A stretch of 248,000 nt of DNA from Hyalangium minutum (GCF_000737315.1 NZ_JMCB01000005.1:20001-268000), one strand, 5' to 3'. Shown: positions 73,536 to 84,400, numbered from the stretch's first letter. Numbers and translations are program-made. The notes: generated from the sequence alone by a model not told the origin.

Positions 73536-74828
73536 ATGGACGCGTCCCCCCGCTTCGCGAAGAGAGTGTTGGACTTTCGCTGCCTCGCTGATCGCTGCGA
73601 GGACACGTGCTGCGTGGGGCTCCGTGTCCCCGTGACGGAGGAGCGCCTGTGGCAGCTGCGCACCGGTGTGAAGGGGAGCCCGGACGAGGCGCACGTAGAG
73701 TCGCTCCTGGAGGAGAACCCCGAGGGCCCTCCCTCCGAGCGAGCGTTCATCAAGATGCAGCCAGATGGGCGCTGCCCGTTCCTCGACACCGAGAAGCTCT
73801 GCTCCCTCCAGCGCCGGCATGGAGAGAAGGTCCTCCCGGATCCTTGCGTCACCTTCCCGCGCATCGTCTGGCGGTGGAATGAGCAGGTGGAGGTGGCGGG
73901 CTCACTGGCGTGTCCGGAGATGGCGCGGCTCCTGCTCCTGGAGGAAGGCGCGCTGGAGCAGGTTCCCGGACCGCTGGAGCAGGTGCCGCGCTTGGAGGCG
74001 GCCCGATCGCTTCCGGGTGAGTCCGGGGATGCTTATGTCGTTCACGCCCAGGCCATTCGCGCCGCCGCGCTGAAGCTCCTGCACCGGCGGGAGTTTCCGC
74101 TCGCCACGCGGCTCATGTTCCTGGGCCAGCTGGCGTTCCGCTTGGACTCCGTCTTCCGGGGCGCGGAGCCTGTCTCGGGCACCGAGGCGGAGCGGGACGA
74201 GGTGGTGCAGGTCCTGCTCCAGTCCGTCGACTCTCCCGAAGCGCTGGAGGCGATGCATCAGGAGTTCCTGTCGCTGCAGGTGCCGGGAGCACCGTGTGCC
74301 GGGCTGCTGGCCTCATTGCTGAAGTCTCGGGCCTCCGTGGCCCGCGGCGACCGCTTCGGACCCTTCGTCCACAGTGTACTGAAGTCCCTCTGGGGCTCCG
74401 AGCAGGCCGAGGGCGATTCGGAGGGCGCCTGGCGCGAGTACTCCGCGCGCTGGCAGCAGCTGCAGGCGGCGCATGGGGCCCGGGTCGAGCAGTACTTCCT
74501 CAACTACGGCCTTGCGCAGTGGCTCCGCTCTCCCTTCCTGGAACTGCCGAGCCTGCTCGCATATGTGTTCCGTCTGGTGATGCGTGTGGCGACGCTGCGG
74601 CTGGCGTTGGTGGGGCACCCAGACGTGGCTGCCCTCTGCGCGATGGAGCAGGGCGCTGCTCCCGAAGACGCTCAGGCCGTGCTGGATCGGGCGGCCATCG
74701 ATTGCTTCTACCTCGTCGCCCGCCACGTAGAGCAGGCGCCGGATGTGCTCGCGCTCGTGCGGCAGCTCGCGGGCGCGGGTGGGGCGGAGACGCTGGGCAA
74801 GACGCTCATCTTTGCCCAGTTCTGCTGA
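73536..74828 (+). CDS. FliB-like lysine N-methylase
   Basis: FRC..DRCEDTCC, CPFLD..LCSLQ, C.TFPR, SLACPE. Confidence 0.75.
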   Translation: MDASPRFAKRVLDFRCLADRCEDTCCVGLRVPVTEERLWQLRTGVKGSPDEAHVESLLEENPEGPPSERAFIKMQPDGRCPFLDTEKLCSLQRRHGEKVLPDPCVTFPRIVWRWNEQVEVAGSLACPEMARLLLLEEGALEQVPGPLEQVPRLEAARSLPGESGDAYVVHAQAIRAAALKLLHRREFPLATRLMFLGQLAFRLDSVFRGAEPVSGTEAERDEVVQVLLQSVDSPEALEAMHQEFLSLQVPGAPCAGLLASLLKSRASVARGDRFGPFVHSVLKSLWGSEQAEGDSEGAWREYSARWQQLQAAHGARVEQYFLNYGLAQWLRSPFLELPSLLAYVFRLVMRVATLRLALVGHPDVAALCAMEQGAAPEDAQAVLDRAAIDCFYLVARHVEQAPDVLALVRQLAGAGGAETLGKTLIFAQFC

Positions 74829-74831
74829 GCG

Positions 74832-76583
74832 CTACTTCCCGCCGTCCTTCGGTGTCCCCGCGTCGGGCGTGTCCGCCTGGGGTTCGGGGACGTTCGCGCC
74901 GGACAGCTCCTTCGGGTCGCGCATGAACTTCCACGCGGTGTTCTCGACACCCGGCTCGCTCATGCCCGTGAGCAGCGCGGCCGCTTTCACGGTCCGCTCC
75001 TTGAGCGCCGTCTCGCCCAGCTCATGGTGAATCTTCGTGAGCGCGATGTGGACCTCGGGGTCGAACGGGTTCGTGGACAGCGCCTCCATGTACGCGACCT
75101 TCGCCTTCAGCCAGTCCTTGCGGAACAAGAGGATGCGGCCCAGGTGCACGTTGGTGCCCGGCAGGCCCGGGTACACCCGCAGCGAGCCGCGCAGCACCGC
75201 CTCGGCCTCGTCCAGCCGCCGCAGCTCCAGCAGCGTCAGCGCATACTTGTTCGAGATGGACTCGTACTTGTCGCCCACCATGGTGTAGGCCTTCGAGTAC
75301 TCCGCCGCCGCGGCCTTCACCCGGTTGCGCTCGCGCAGCAGCTCGCCCAGGTGCGCCAGCTTGCGCGCCGGAATCTCCTGTACCTCCGCGAAGTCTCCGA
75401 AGGAGATCTCCCGGCCCTTCTTCGCGTCGTCCTTGTCCTGGCCCTTGGCGTCCTCCTTGAGGACCACCTCTTGTTGCGGCAGCAGCTCCTTGGGGAACGG
75501 CTGCTTCTTGATGTGGGCCAGCCAGGCCTTCTCGAAGAGGCCGAAGGGCATGCCTACCGCCGCCTCCACCGCCTTCTTGTCCGTCTGCCCGTTGCGCAGC
75601 TCCTGGATGATGGTGCGCAGGCCCGCCGTGCCCTTCGTGGCCAGCACGTAGTCCACCACGTAGAAGACCTCGGCGAACGCCAGGCCCGCGTCCTCCGCCG
75701 TGGGCAGCATGGCGATGGACGGGTGCATCTTCTCGAAAGGCACCAGCGTGTTGGCCTTCATCCGGCGCCCCAGCAGCGCCAGCGCGGAGGGGTTCAGCCC
75801 CAGCCCGCCTTGGCCACGCCAGCGGGACTCGAGGAACTTGGCCATGCCCTCGTGCAGCCAGATGGGCACGTTGTTGCGGCTGCTCTGGCTGATGACGAGG
75901 TGCACGTACTCGTGCGCCAGCGTGTCCTGCCAGTCGTAGCCGCGCGCCACCGCCTTGGGGCTCGTCACCATGAGCTTGTTGAACTTGCACATGGCGATGG
76001 TGCCCGTCGTCTGGATCTGCTCGTACGAGAGCGTGCTGATCTTCGACAGCTCGCGCGCGTTGTTCACCACCTCCACGCGCACCTTGCCGCCCGGTGGCGT
76101 CCACCCCAGGTCCTCCTGCATGGCCCGGTAGATGGCCTCCAGCGTCTCCATCGCGTAGGGCACCAGAACCTCTTCCTTGCCCGCCGGGTACAGGAAGATG
76201 AAGTGCTCGCTCTCCACCCTCTGGTGGCGCTTGGTGATGTTGGCGGTGTCCTTGGCCAGCCGGAGGTAGCTGCTCGGCTTGTCCTCCACGCCGGCTTTTG
76301 TCAGCAGGTCCACCGCCTCGGAGTAGCGGCCCTCCTCGAAGGCGAGCCGGCCCTGGTAGTAGATCAGCGCCTCGCTGCCCTCCGGCACGATCTTCTCCAG
76401 CTCCACCAGCGCACGCCGGGCGGACACCAGATCCCACCCGTCGATGCCGGCCTCCAGCTCCGCCAGGCGGGCCTTGGCCTCGCTGCGGACATCCTCGTCC
76501 TGGGCGCGGGCCGGCGCGGCCGTCACCAGCAGCGACAGCAGCCCGAGCGTCAGCAGTGCGTTCCGCGGATGACGGCGGCTCAC
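74832..76583 (-). CDS. peptidase MA-like metalloprotease with TPR
   Basis: LAHEYVH...WLHEGMA. Confidence 0.8.
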   Translation of the reverse strand: MSRRHPRNALLTLGLLSLLVTAAPARAQDEDVRSEAKARLAELEAGIDGWDLVSARRALVELEKIVPEGSEALIYYQGRLAFEEGRYSEAVDLLTKAGVEDKPSSYLRLAKDTANITKRHQRVESEHFIFLYPAGKEEVLVPYAMETLEAIYRAMQEDLGWTPPGGKVRVEVVNNARELSKISTLSYEQIQTTGTIAMCKFNKLMVTSPKAVARGYDWQDTLAHEYVHLVISQSSRNNVPIWLHEGMAKFLESRWRGQGGLGLNPSALALLGRRMKANTLVPFEKMHPSIAMLPTAEDAGLAFAEVFYVVDYVLATKGTAGLRTIIQELRNGQTDKKAVEAAVGMPFGLFEKAWLAHIKKQPFPKELLPQQEVVLKEDAKGQDKDDAKKGREISFGDFAEVQEIPARKLAHLGELLRERNRVKAAAAEYSKAYTMVGDKYESISNKYALTLLELRRLDEAEAVLRGSLRVYPGLPGTNVHLGRILLFRKDWLKAKVAYMEALSTNPFDPEVHIALTKIHHELGETALKERTVKAAALLTGMSEPGVENTAWKFMRDPKELSGANVPEPQADTPDAGTPKDGGK

Positions 76584-79500
76584 TTCACCAGCTCCTCGTA
76601 GTAGCGCTTCACCTGCTCCTTGTAACGCTCCGGAGCGCCCTGCTTCATCGCGTCCAGCAGGTCCTTGCGGAACTCCTTGGGCGCCTGGAAGGCGTCCTCA
76701 TCCGGCAGCTCGACCTTCTCGCGTGGATCCATGCCATTGCCATCGCGCCGGCCGCCCATGCCCATCGGCAGCGGCAGGCCGCCCTGGCCCTGGCCCTTCT
76801 GGCTCTCCTTCATCTGCTGCTGGAAGCGCTTGAGGCCCTCGAGCGCCATCTGCTGCTGCCCGTAGCCACGGCCCGGATCCTGGCCGCCCATGCGCTGCGC
76901 GGCCTCGCCCATGCGCTGGCCCACCTCGTCCATCTGGTTGCCGGACTCCTGGCCGAACACCGGCGCCAGCTGCTGCATCTCCTCCATCTGCTGGCGCAGG
77001 CCCTGGGCGCGCTGCTCCAGCTGCTGCTGCTGCTCGGAGAGCTTCTGCAGTTGCTGGCGCTCCTGCGGGCTGAGCTGCGAGCCCGGCTCCGGGAAGAGCG
77101 ACTGGAGCTTCTGGCTGACCTCCTGCATCGTCTTCGCGTCCTTCTGGAGCTTCTGGGCCAGCTGCGCCGACTGCTCGCGCACCTCCTCCGGGTTGCCGAA
77201 CATCTCGTCCAGCTTGCGCTGGTGCTCGCCCATGGCGGAGAGCTGATCGGCCATGTCCTGGGTGCGCTGGGCCGCATCGGACGCGAGGTCATACGCGTCC
77301 GCCTTGAGGGCGTTCTCCAGGTTCTCCAGCTCGGACTGGGCCTCGGCCAGAGGGGCCGCCGCGCGGCTGTTGAGCTGCTCCGGCTTGAGCTCCTGGTAGT
77401 CCTTCTGCACCTGCTGCACCTGGCGCATCAGCTCGTCCTTGAGGGCCTTGCCCTTCTCGCTCAAGCGCTCCCGGTTCTGCGAGCGCGCCTGGTCGCGCAG
77501 GGCCTTGGTGGCGTCCGCCACCTGCTGCTGCTCCTGGAGCGTCTTGTCCAGGTCCTTCATGAAGTCGCCGAACTTCTGCGCCAGCTCTGGGTACTGCTCG
77601 CCGCCCAGCTCGCCCTGCGCCTTGTTCAGGTTCTCCATCATCTTGTCCATCTGCATGGAGAGCTCCTGGAGCTTGGCAAGCGCCTCGTCCGCCTTGCCCT
77701 CGCGCATCAGCTTCTCCACCTCGTCCAAGCCGCTGGAGACGTCCTGGTCCTTCATCATCTCGGCCATGGCCTCGGCGTTGAAGTGCTCGTCGCGGATGCC
77801 CTTGCGCAGCTCGGCCATGCGCTGCATCAGCTCGTTGATGCGTTGGCGCAGCTGCGTAATCTGCTCGAGGATCTGCTGCCGGGCCGCGTCGCTGGGCGTG
77901 GCCTTGTACTGCTCGATGAGCGAGGCCAGATCCCTGCGCTGCTCCGCCAGCTCCTTGGCCATCTCCTGCAGCGCCTCGAGCTTCTGCCGGTCCAGCAGGG
78001 ACTCCAGATAGAGGACGTCCTTCTCCGTCTCGGCAATCTCGTCGTTCACCGCAGCCGTGAGCCGGGTGCCCGTGCCCCAGTCCTCGCCGCGCAGCCGCTG
78101 GGTGCGCAGGTACAGGCGCCGGAAGTCCGCGGTGGCCGACAGCTTGCGGCCCAGCCCATCCGCGATGTTCAGCAGCGCGCCCACAAGGTCTCTGGGCACA
78201 TCCCGCTCGCGCGCCAGCTCCTGGGCCAGAGCGCGCATGTCCGCGACGAGCTGCTGGCCACTGGTGTCCACGGCCTGCCCGGAGGTGACGCTCTCCGCCG
78301 TCTTCTCCTTGGCGGTGTCCGAGCCCTCCAGCCGGTCCGCGAGGTGATCCACCAGCCGGCCCCAGAGTGCCTCGGCCTTCTGGAGCGCGGCGCGGCGGTG
78401 CTCGGCGGCGCTGTAGATGCGCAGCACCTGGGTGCGGCTCAGGCCCTTCTTGGGGCCCTCCACCGCGTCATTGTCCCGGGCCTCGATGTTGTAGGTGATG
78501 CGGTCGCCGGGCTTCAGGGGGAAGCGGCTCAGGTCCCACGTGTACGTGCCCTTGTTGCGGCGGCCGTCCTCGCGCGGCAGCGGCACGCGCGTCTCCTGCT
78601 GCGAGCCCGGCGTGCGGAACACCAGTGCCAGCTCGCTCAGGCCGTAGTCATCCGTGGCCTCGTACTTGAGGACCACCTGCTGGCCCGGATCCACCTCCAG
78701 CTCCGTGGCGGGCGACAGCAGCGTGGCCTGGGGCGGCGCATCCGCCTCCACATTGAGGGTGATCTCCGGCCCGATGACGTCCGCCTTCTCTCCCTTCTCC
78801 GTGGAGAAGGCGAAGCGGTAGGTGCCGCTCTTCTTCGTCACGAAGGAGCCGCTCAGCTCTCGGCGGCCCTCCACCTTGAGGGGCAGGGGCTCGCCGTTGA
78901 CGATGATCTCGGCCTGCTCGACTTCCCGGTCCGAGCGCGTCTTGAGGAGCACCTCGGTGCCCGCGGGCGCGCTGATCTCTCCGTTGGTGCCCGCCACCGT
79001 GCGCGGGGCGAGCCCCGTGTAGGCCGGGTAACGGTACGTCAGCTCGATGTCTCCGGTGATGGGCTCGGCCTTGGCGGTGGACTGGGCCACGGCGCTGGTC
79101 TCCCACGCCTTGGCCACGCCCGCGCGCCAGCGGCCGCCGGACAGCACCAGTGTCACCGCCACCGCGAGCACCAGCGCGCCCAGCACCTGCGCCAGCCGCC
79201 GCACGCGCTGGCCATCCACGATGGTGGCCGGATCCACGTACTGGGCCCGCCAGTCCATCTGTCCGAGGAACGCGGCGACGAGGCTGTGCGAGTGCTGCGC
79301 CGCACCGGCCTCGCGCGACAGCTCCACCGCGGCGAGCACATCCAGGGACAGCTCGGGCTTGCGCTCGCCGATGAGCCGCGCGGTGCGGACGTCATCGCCC
79401 ACCATCTTCCGGGACAGGAGGATGCCCAGCGCACAAGCCACGCCGATGCCCACCAGCGGGGCGAGGATCAGCACCCACCGGCCGAGCGCGGGAGCCACGA

Positions 79501-79723
79501 GCCCGAGGAAGCCGCCGCCCAGGCCGAGCAGCAGCAAGGCCATGGCGCCGAGCATGCCGCCCTCGAGCCAGAGCTGGCGCCGCTGGCGGGCGCGCACGGC
79601 AGCGAGCAGGGCCTCCACCTGGCGGGCGCGTGGACGCGGCCGGGCCTCGGCGGCGGGCGCCGGAGGAGGCGGAGGGGGAGGGGGAAGCTCCGAGTCTGGG
79701 GGCTGCGGGGTTTCGAGGTTCAC
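76580..79723 (-). CDS. DUF4175-like coiled-coil membrane protein
   Basis: YRYPAYTG, ATDDYGL, long Gln/Glu coiled coil. Confidence 0.75.
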   Translation of the reverse strand: MNLETPQPPDSELPPPPPPPPAPAAEARPRPRARQVEALLAAVRARQRRQLWLEGGMLGAMALLLLGLGGGFLGLVAPALGRWVLILAPLVGIGVACALGILLSRKMVGDDVRTARLIGERKPELSLDVLAAVELSREAGAAQHSHSLVAAFLGQMDWRAQYVDPATIVDGQRVRRLAQVLGALVLAVAVTLVLSGGRWRAGVAKAWETSAVAQSTAKAEPITGDIELTYRYPAYTGLAPRTVAGTNGEISAPAGTEVLLKTRSDREVEQAEIIVNGEPLPLKVEGRRELSGSFVTKKSGTYRFAFSTEKGEKADVIGPEITLNVEADAPPQATLLSPATELEVDPGQQVVLKYEATDDYGLSELALVFRTPGSQQETRVPLPREDGRRNKGTYTWDLSRFPLKPGDRITYNIEARDNDAVEGPKKGLSRTQVLRIYSAAEHRRAALQKAEALWGRLVDHLADRLEGSDTAKEKTAESVTSGQAVDTSGQQLVADMRALAQELARERDVPRDLVGALLNIADGLGRKLSATADFRRLYLRTQRLRGEDWGTGTRLTAAVNDEIAETEKDVLYLESLLDRQKLEALQEMAKELAEQRRDLASLIEQYKATPSDAARQQILEQITQLRQRINELMQRMAELRKGIRDEHFNAEAMAEMMKDQDVSSGLDEVEKLMREGKADEALAKLQELSMQMDKMMENLNKAQGELGGEQYPELAQKFGDFMKDLDKTLQEQQQVADATKALRDQARSQNRERLSEKGKALKDELMRQVQQVQKDYQELKPEQLNSRAAAPLAEAQSELENLENALKADAYDLASDAAQRTQDMADQLSAMGEHQRKLDEMFGNPEEVREQSAQLAQKLQKDAKTMQEVSQKLQSLFPEPGSQLSPQERQQLQKLSEQQQQLEQRAQGLRQQMEEMQQLAPVFGQESGNQMDEVGQRMGEAAQRMGGQDPGRGYGQQQMALEGLKRFQQQMKESQKGQGQGGLPLPMGMGGRRDGNGMDPREKVELPDEDAFQAPKEFRKDLLDAMKQGAPERYKEQVKRYYEELVK

Positions 79724-79877
79724 AATCTCGTCCGCTCAGTGGCGAGGCAACCCGCGGGTGGGCCGCCTATTTCCCAATTCTGTAGCAACCTCCTCCCGCG
79801 CGCGCGTCCCTTTGGGGCGGCGGGGCCAGGGAGGAGGAGGGCTCTGTCCGGCGGCGGATGGCCGGGAGAGCGAGCGT

Positions 79878-80459
79878 TCAGCGGGCGTCAGTCGAGCGCC
79901 GGGCCGCTTCATCCGTCGGCGGGTCGGCCGCGGTGGGGATTCCCCCCAGCTCTTCGGCCAGCGCGGTGAGGACGTCCTGGGTATGGGTGATGCGCGTGCG
80001 GGTCATCTTGGAGAGCGCCCGCTGCACGGCGGCCTCCACCGTCCCTGTCGAGGGCACGTCCAGGGTCCGTCCCGCATCGGTGAGGGCGAACAGCGCCTTG
80101 CGCCCATCGAGCGGATCCGACTTGCGCTCCAGCAGGCCGCGCTTCTCCAGGCGCTTGAGCACGCCGGTGAGGGTGCTGGGGTGCACATGGAGGATCTGCG
80201 CGAGGTTGCCGGCAGTGATGCCCGGGAAGCGGCCCACGAGGCGCAGCACCAGGCGCTGCGGGCCGGTGATACCGAGCGCGGACTCCATGCGCTTGGACGT
80301 GGACTGGAGGCCATGATCCACAGCCCACAGCAGGCGCATGAACTCGAGAACCTCACCCAGCTGGGGTCCCCGTGCCTTCTCCGGCTGTGTCGCCAATGGG
80401 GGTGTTTCTTGCTCTAGCTCGTCCACGGTCTCTTTCAACTTCGCCTCCAAGTCGCCCAC
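79878..80459 (-). CDS. MarR regulator
   Basis: ITGPQRLVL; LEKRGLL...DGR. Confidence 0.85.
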   Translation of the reverse strand: MGDLEAKLKETVDELEQETPPLATQPEKARGPQLGEVLEFMRLLWAVDHGLQSTSKRMESALGITGPQRLVLRLVGRFPGITAGNLAQILHVHPSTLTGVLKRLEKRGLLERKSDPLDGRKALFALTDAGRTLDVPSTGTVEAAVQRALSKMTRTRITHTQDVLTALAEELGGIPTAADPPTDEAARRSTDAR

Positions 80460-80688
80460 CCCACAGTTCTAGCGCTCTTCCACAGTTTCCACAGCGGAGG
80501 AGTACTTGGGCCCCCAAGAAGGGCCAGCCAGGAGGCAGCCAGCCGTGCCACCTGGGGGGGCGGCTGGCCGTGGGCCCGCATGCTACCCCTGATGTCTCCC
80601 TGTGAGGCAGTGTGCCGCATTGTGTCACAGGTGAGAGAACCTTGCCTGGCGGGAGGGGGAGCGGGCAACCCCTGGAGTTTCCAGGGGT

Positions 80689-81828
80689 TCAGGCGCTGGC
80701 CGATTGAGCGGGGGAGGGCGTGGCTGCGGCGCGGAGGTGGACCCAGAAGCGGGTGCCCTGGCCGGGTTGGCTCTCCACGCCGATGCGGCCGCCCATCTCG
80801 GTCACGAGGCGGCGGCAGATGAAGAGTCCCAGCCCGGTGCCCTCGCCCAGGGGCTTGGTGGTGAAGAACGGCTCGAAGATGCGCTCGTGCAGCTCCGCAG
80901 GGATTCCAGGCCCGGTGTCGCGGATCTCCACGCGCACGGTGTCGGGCAGGGAGCGCCGGGTGACGACGTGGATGGCGTGCTCGTGGCTGCTGCCTTCAGG
81001 GAGGGCCTGCGCGGCATTGATGACGAGGTTGAGGAAGATCTGCGCCAGTCGGGCCTCGCTGCCGTGGACGGTGGAGGCCTCGCCGTAGTCCTTGATGAGC
81101 TGGGCGCGGGGGAAGACCTGGTTCCACGCCATGCGGAGGGCGGAGTCCAGCACGCGGTGCAGATCCGTGGGACCGAGCGGCTGGGCCTCGGGCCGGGCGA
81201 AGACCTTGATGTCGCGGATGATCTCCTGGATGTGCTGGGCGCACTCGGAGGCGTTGCGCAGGGCCTGGACGTCATCCTCCTGCAGGGACCGCTCGCGGGC
81301 GGAGTTCAGGGTGAAGTCCAGGTTCATCATCAGCGAGGAGAGCGGGTTGTTGATCTCGTGGGCCACGCCCGCGGCGAGCAGGCCCAGCGCTGCGAGCCGG
81401 TCCGAGAGCAGGAGCCGCTCCTGCATCCGGCGGCGCTCGGCGCGGACCTCGGCCTCGCGCAGCTCGCGGGCCAGGGCGGGGCCCAGGCGCGCCAGCCGAT
81501 CCTTGAAGAGGAAGTCATGGACGCCGCTCTTCATGGCTTCCACGGCGGTGTCCTCGCCCACAGCGCCGGACACGATGAGGAAGGGCAGGTCGAGCCCGCG
81601 CTCCTTCACGAGCGGAAGCGCCGCCAGCCCGTTGAAGCCCGGGAGGACATAGTCGGAGATGATCGCGTCCCACGGTCCTTCATTCAGGGCGCGCTCAATC
81701 TCCTCGAGCGATTCGACGCGGGTAAGGGATGGCTCATAGCCACAGCTCCGAAGTTCCGAGAGCAGCAGGAGCTCATCATCCTCGGAGTCTTCGATGAGGA
81801 GCAGGCGCAACGGCTGGCCACCACCCAT
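80689..81828 (-). CDS. hybrid receiver-histidine kinase
   Basis: IEDSEDD; AHEINNP; FFTTK. Confidence 0.88.
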   Translation of the reverse strand: MGGGQPLRLLLIEDSEDDELLLLSELRSCGYEPSLTRVESLEEIERALNEGPWDAIISDYVLPGFNGLAALPLVKERGLDLPFLIVSGAVGEDTAVEAMKSGVHDFLFKDRLARLGPALARELREAEVRAERRRMQERLLLSDRLAALGLLAAGVAHEINNPLSSLMMNLDFTLNSARERSLQEDDVQALRNASECAQHIQEIIRDIKVFARPEAQPLGPTDLHRVLDSALRMAWNQVFPRAQLIKDYGEASTVHGSEARLAQIFLNLVINAAQALPEGSSHEHAIHVVTRRSLPDTVRVEIRDTGPGIPAELHERIFEPFFTTKPLGEGTGLGLFICRRLVTEMGGRIGVESQPGQGTRFWVHLRAAATPSPAQSASA

Positions 81829-81982
81829 TCACGAACCTCGCACATCCTCCGTGTATCAGCGCGGAGGTCGAGGACAATATACCGCCGCGTTTCTGGCGGA
81901 TCAGCGGTCGTGAGGGTGAGCCGCTGTCGAAAAAGAGCCGCTCCGGCCAGGACAGCACCGGAGCGGCCTACGGCTCGGGGTC

Positions 81983-82348
81983 TCAGTGCTTCGGCTTGGC
82001 CGGAGCATCCGAGGCGCTGCGCTTCTCCTCCTGGAGCGTCGTCGCGCCCGTGAGCGTCAGGTACGGCTTGAGCTTCTGGAACTTCTTCTTCCCGAAGCCC
82101 TTCACGCGCACCAATTCCTCAACGCGCTTGAAGGGGTGCTTCTCCCGGTGATCGAGGATGCGGTCCACCGCCTTCCTCCCCACGCCCGGCAGCCGGTCCA
82201 GCTCCTCCGGTGTGGCCTCGTTGAGGTTCACCACGCCGGAGTACTGCATCTGCGTGCGGCGCCGCCCTGCCTCCGCCACCCCAGGCCCCAGCAGCACGAG
82301 CCCGAGCACCATCATCACCCCCATCCCCAGCACCGCACGCCCGCTCAC
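81983..82348 (-). CDS. comEA: ComEA helix-hairpin-helix protein
   Basis: VNLNEAT..EL..LPGVG; VKGFG. Confidence 0.8.
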   Translation of the reverse strand: MSGRAVLGMGVMMVLGLVLLGPGVAEAGRRRTQMQYSGVVNLNEATPEELDRLPGVGRKAVDRILDHREKHPFKRVEELVRVKGFGKKKFQKLKPYLTLTGATTLQEEKRSASDAPAKPKH

Positions 82349-82593
82349 GAGTGGCCCTCCATCAGCGCCGGCTCGAGCCCCGCCTCCGACCCGAAGCGCC
82401 CGCTGGCCTGAGCGCCGTCCCGCTTGTCCGCGGCCTCGCGCACGTGCAGCTTCCCGTCCAGGGGCAGCACATCCAGCAGCACGTTCAGCGAGCCGTCCTT
82501 GTTCACGAAGGCGCTCCCCGCACGCACCCAGATGCTCCCGCCCTTGCCCTCCCGAATGGAGAACACCGCCAACCTCTTTCCTGCCGTCAGCAT
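82345..82593 (-). CDS. small conserved hypothetical protein
   Basis: WVRAGSAFVNKDGSLNVLLDVLP. Confidence 0.65.
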   Translation of the reverse strand: MLTAGKRLAVFSIREGKGGSIWVRAGSAFVNKDGSLNVLLDVLPLDGKLHVREAADKRDGAQASGRFGSEAGLEPALMEGHS

Positions 82594-82801
82594 CGTCCTA
82601 CCTCGCTCCTTCACACTCCCGCGCCACCCATGGCGTGGGCGCCTCATCGGCTTCGACCGCCTGAGGTCGCAGGAGCCCAAAGCAGGCGCCGTGCCAACGG
82701 CACTTCCCCTCGGAGAGGCTGTGAAAGAGAGCGTTTCGGAGCCCCGTACCGTCCACCGCCGTGGACTGCCGTGGACGGTCGTGGATGGGGAGCCCGGAGG
82801 A

Positions 82802-83458
82802 CTACTTCCTGGAGGACTTCTTCGTGGCCGTCTTCTTCCGCGCCGCGCCCGCCTTCTTCGCGGCGGACTTCTTCGTGGCGGCCTTCCTCGGAGCCGGGGC
82901 GCTGGCCTCCTCCTCCTGCTCGCGCGCGGCCTCGGCGACTTCCTCGACGGCCTTCGTGTTCTGCTTCCGGAAGCGCTCGAACCCCTCCCTCGAGAAGACC
83001 GAGGTGCCTTCCTCCCGAGCCCGCCGGAACACCTCCTTGAGGGCGGTGCGGCTGAGCTGCGGGTTCTTGTAGTACTCCATCGCCACCCGGCCCATGGCCC
83101 AGTTGGCGGCGTACGCGGGAGCCACCGTCAGGAGCGCGCCGAGCACCGGGATGAGCGCCTTGATGCCCTGCCGTGCCAGCAGGCCCACGCCTGCGGTGGT
83201 GCCCAGCTCGATGAGGAGCTCCTGCGCCGAGGCCTTGGTCACCTTGCGCCCGTAGATGTGCCCCACCGTCATCACCATGCCGGTCTGGATGGGCAGCGTC
83301 AGCACCACGTCCGTCAGCGGCAGCGGCGAGATGGCCACCAGCGCCACCGCGTACGAGCTCATGTTGATGACATCCCGAGCCATCGCGTCCCGCTCCTTCG
83401 CGGGCACCTTGCTGAAGTCCCGTGTGCGGATGTCATCCAATGTGTCGAGCCACGACAT
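82802..83458 (-). CDS. DUF697/YcjF-like protein
   Basis: ISPLPLTD..LTLPIQTGM; Lys/Ala tail. Confidence 0.7.
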   Translation of the reverse strand: MSWLDTLDDIRTRDFSKVPAKERDAMARDVINMSSYAVALVAISPLPLTDVVLTLPIQTGMVMTVGHIYGRKVTKASAQELLIELGTTAGVGLLARQGIKALIPVLGALLTVAPAYAANWAMGRVAMEYYKNPQLSRTALKEVFRRAREEGTSVFSREGFERFRKQNTKAVEEVAEAAREQEEEASAPAPRKAATKKSAAKKAGAARKKTATKKSSRK

Positions 83459-83642
83459 GGTCGTCTTCTCCTGGACTGGTCGCACGGAGCATACCCGGAC
83501 GTTGCTCGCTGAACAGGACGCGCGCGGAGGGAGCGGCTCCCGCCGAAAATGCCACTGGGAGTGGACGGTGGGCGAGGCACTGGTCAGCCCCGGAGGGCAT
83601 GCACAGGTTCTGTCCTCGATTCTGGCAGGGGGAGGTGGTTGG

Positions 83643-84177
83643 CGTGGCGCTTCGGTTCTCCTTACTGGCGTCTCAGTTGCTGCAGGATCGCGAGTCCGTG
83701 CTGAAGGCGGTCTCCTGGCCGGTGCTGGTGTGGGAATCTCCACCGCCCCGCAAGGAGGCCCCGCTGGGCTTCGCGCGCTCCACGCTGTCCAATATCCGCT
83801 TCTCACGGCCCACCGCCTCCGAGCCGCTCGTGCTTGAGCTGCACAAGCGCATCGCCGATGTGGACGAGGTGACGCTGGGCCGCTCGCCCGACTGTGACAT
83901 TGTCATCGACGACCCCACTGTGTCGCGGCTGCACGCCGTGTTCCGCAAGGAGCCGCACACGGGCATGTGGCAGGTGGTGGATGCCGAGAGCCACAACGGC
84001 ACCTTCCAGGCGGGCGTGCTCATCGTCCCGGGCCGCCCGACGCCGCTGTTCGATCGGGCCTCGCTGCGCTTCGGGGCCGTGGAGATGTCCTTCCTGCAGG
84101 CGCCCGCTTTCGAGCAGTACGTGCACGCCCGAGCGCGCTCCCAGGTGCGCTTGACGAGCGTGGGCGTAAACCCATAG
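83643..84177 (+). CDS. FHA domain protein
   Basis: LGRSPDCD, VSRLHA, SHNGT; start approximate. Confidence 0.75.
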
Positions 84178-84189
84178 AAGGGCCGCGCC

Positions 84190-84400
84190 TTTGGGTGCCC
84201 ATGCAGGGCACGCAAGAGGGAAGCCGGTGGAAATCCGGCGCGGTCCCGCCACTGTATGTGGGCAGCCCTGTCGGTCAGGGCCGGGGTCCTCGGCAGTCCC
84301 CACTCGAGAGGGTTGTCTCGGGGAAGGGGGAGGACTTCTTCCGGAGAGGCGCAGCGTGCGCCCTCACCCGGAGCCCATGAGCCAGGAGACCTGCCCAGAG
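84190..84400 (+). ncRNA. cobalamin riboswitch
   Basis: GGGAAGCCGGTGGAAATCCGGCGCGGTCCCGCCACTGT ... GAGCCAGGAGACCTGCC upstream of BtuB-like gene. Confidence 0.92.
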
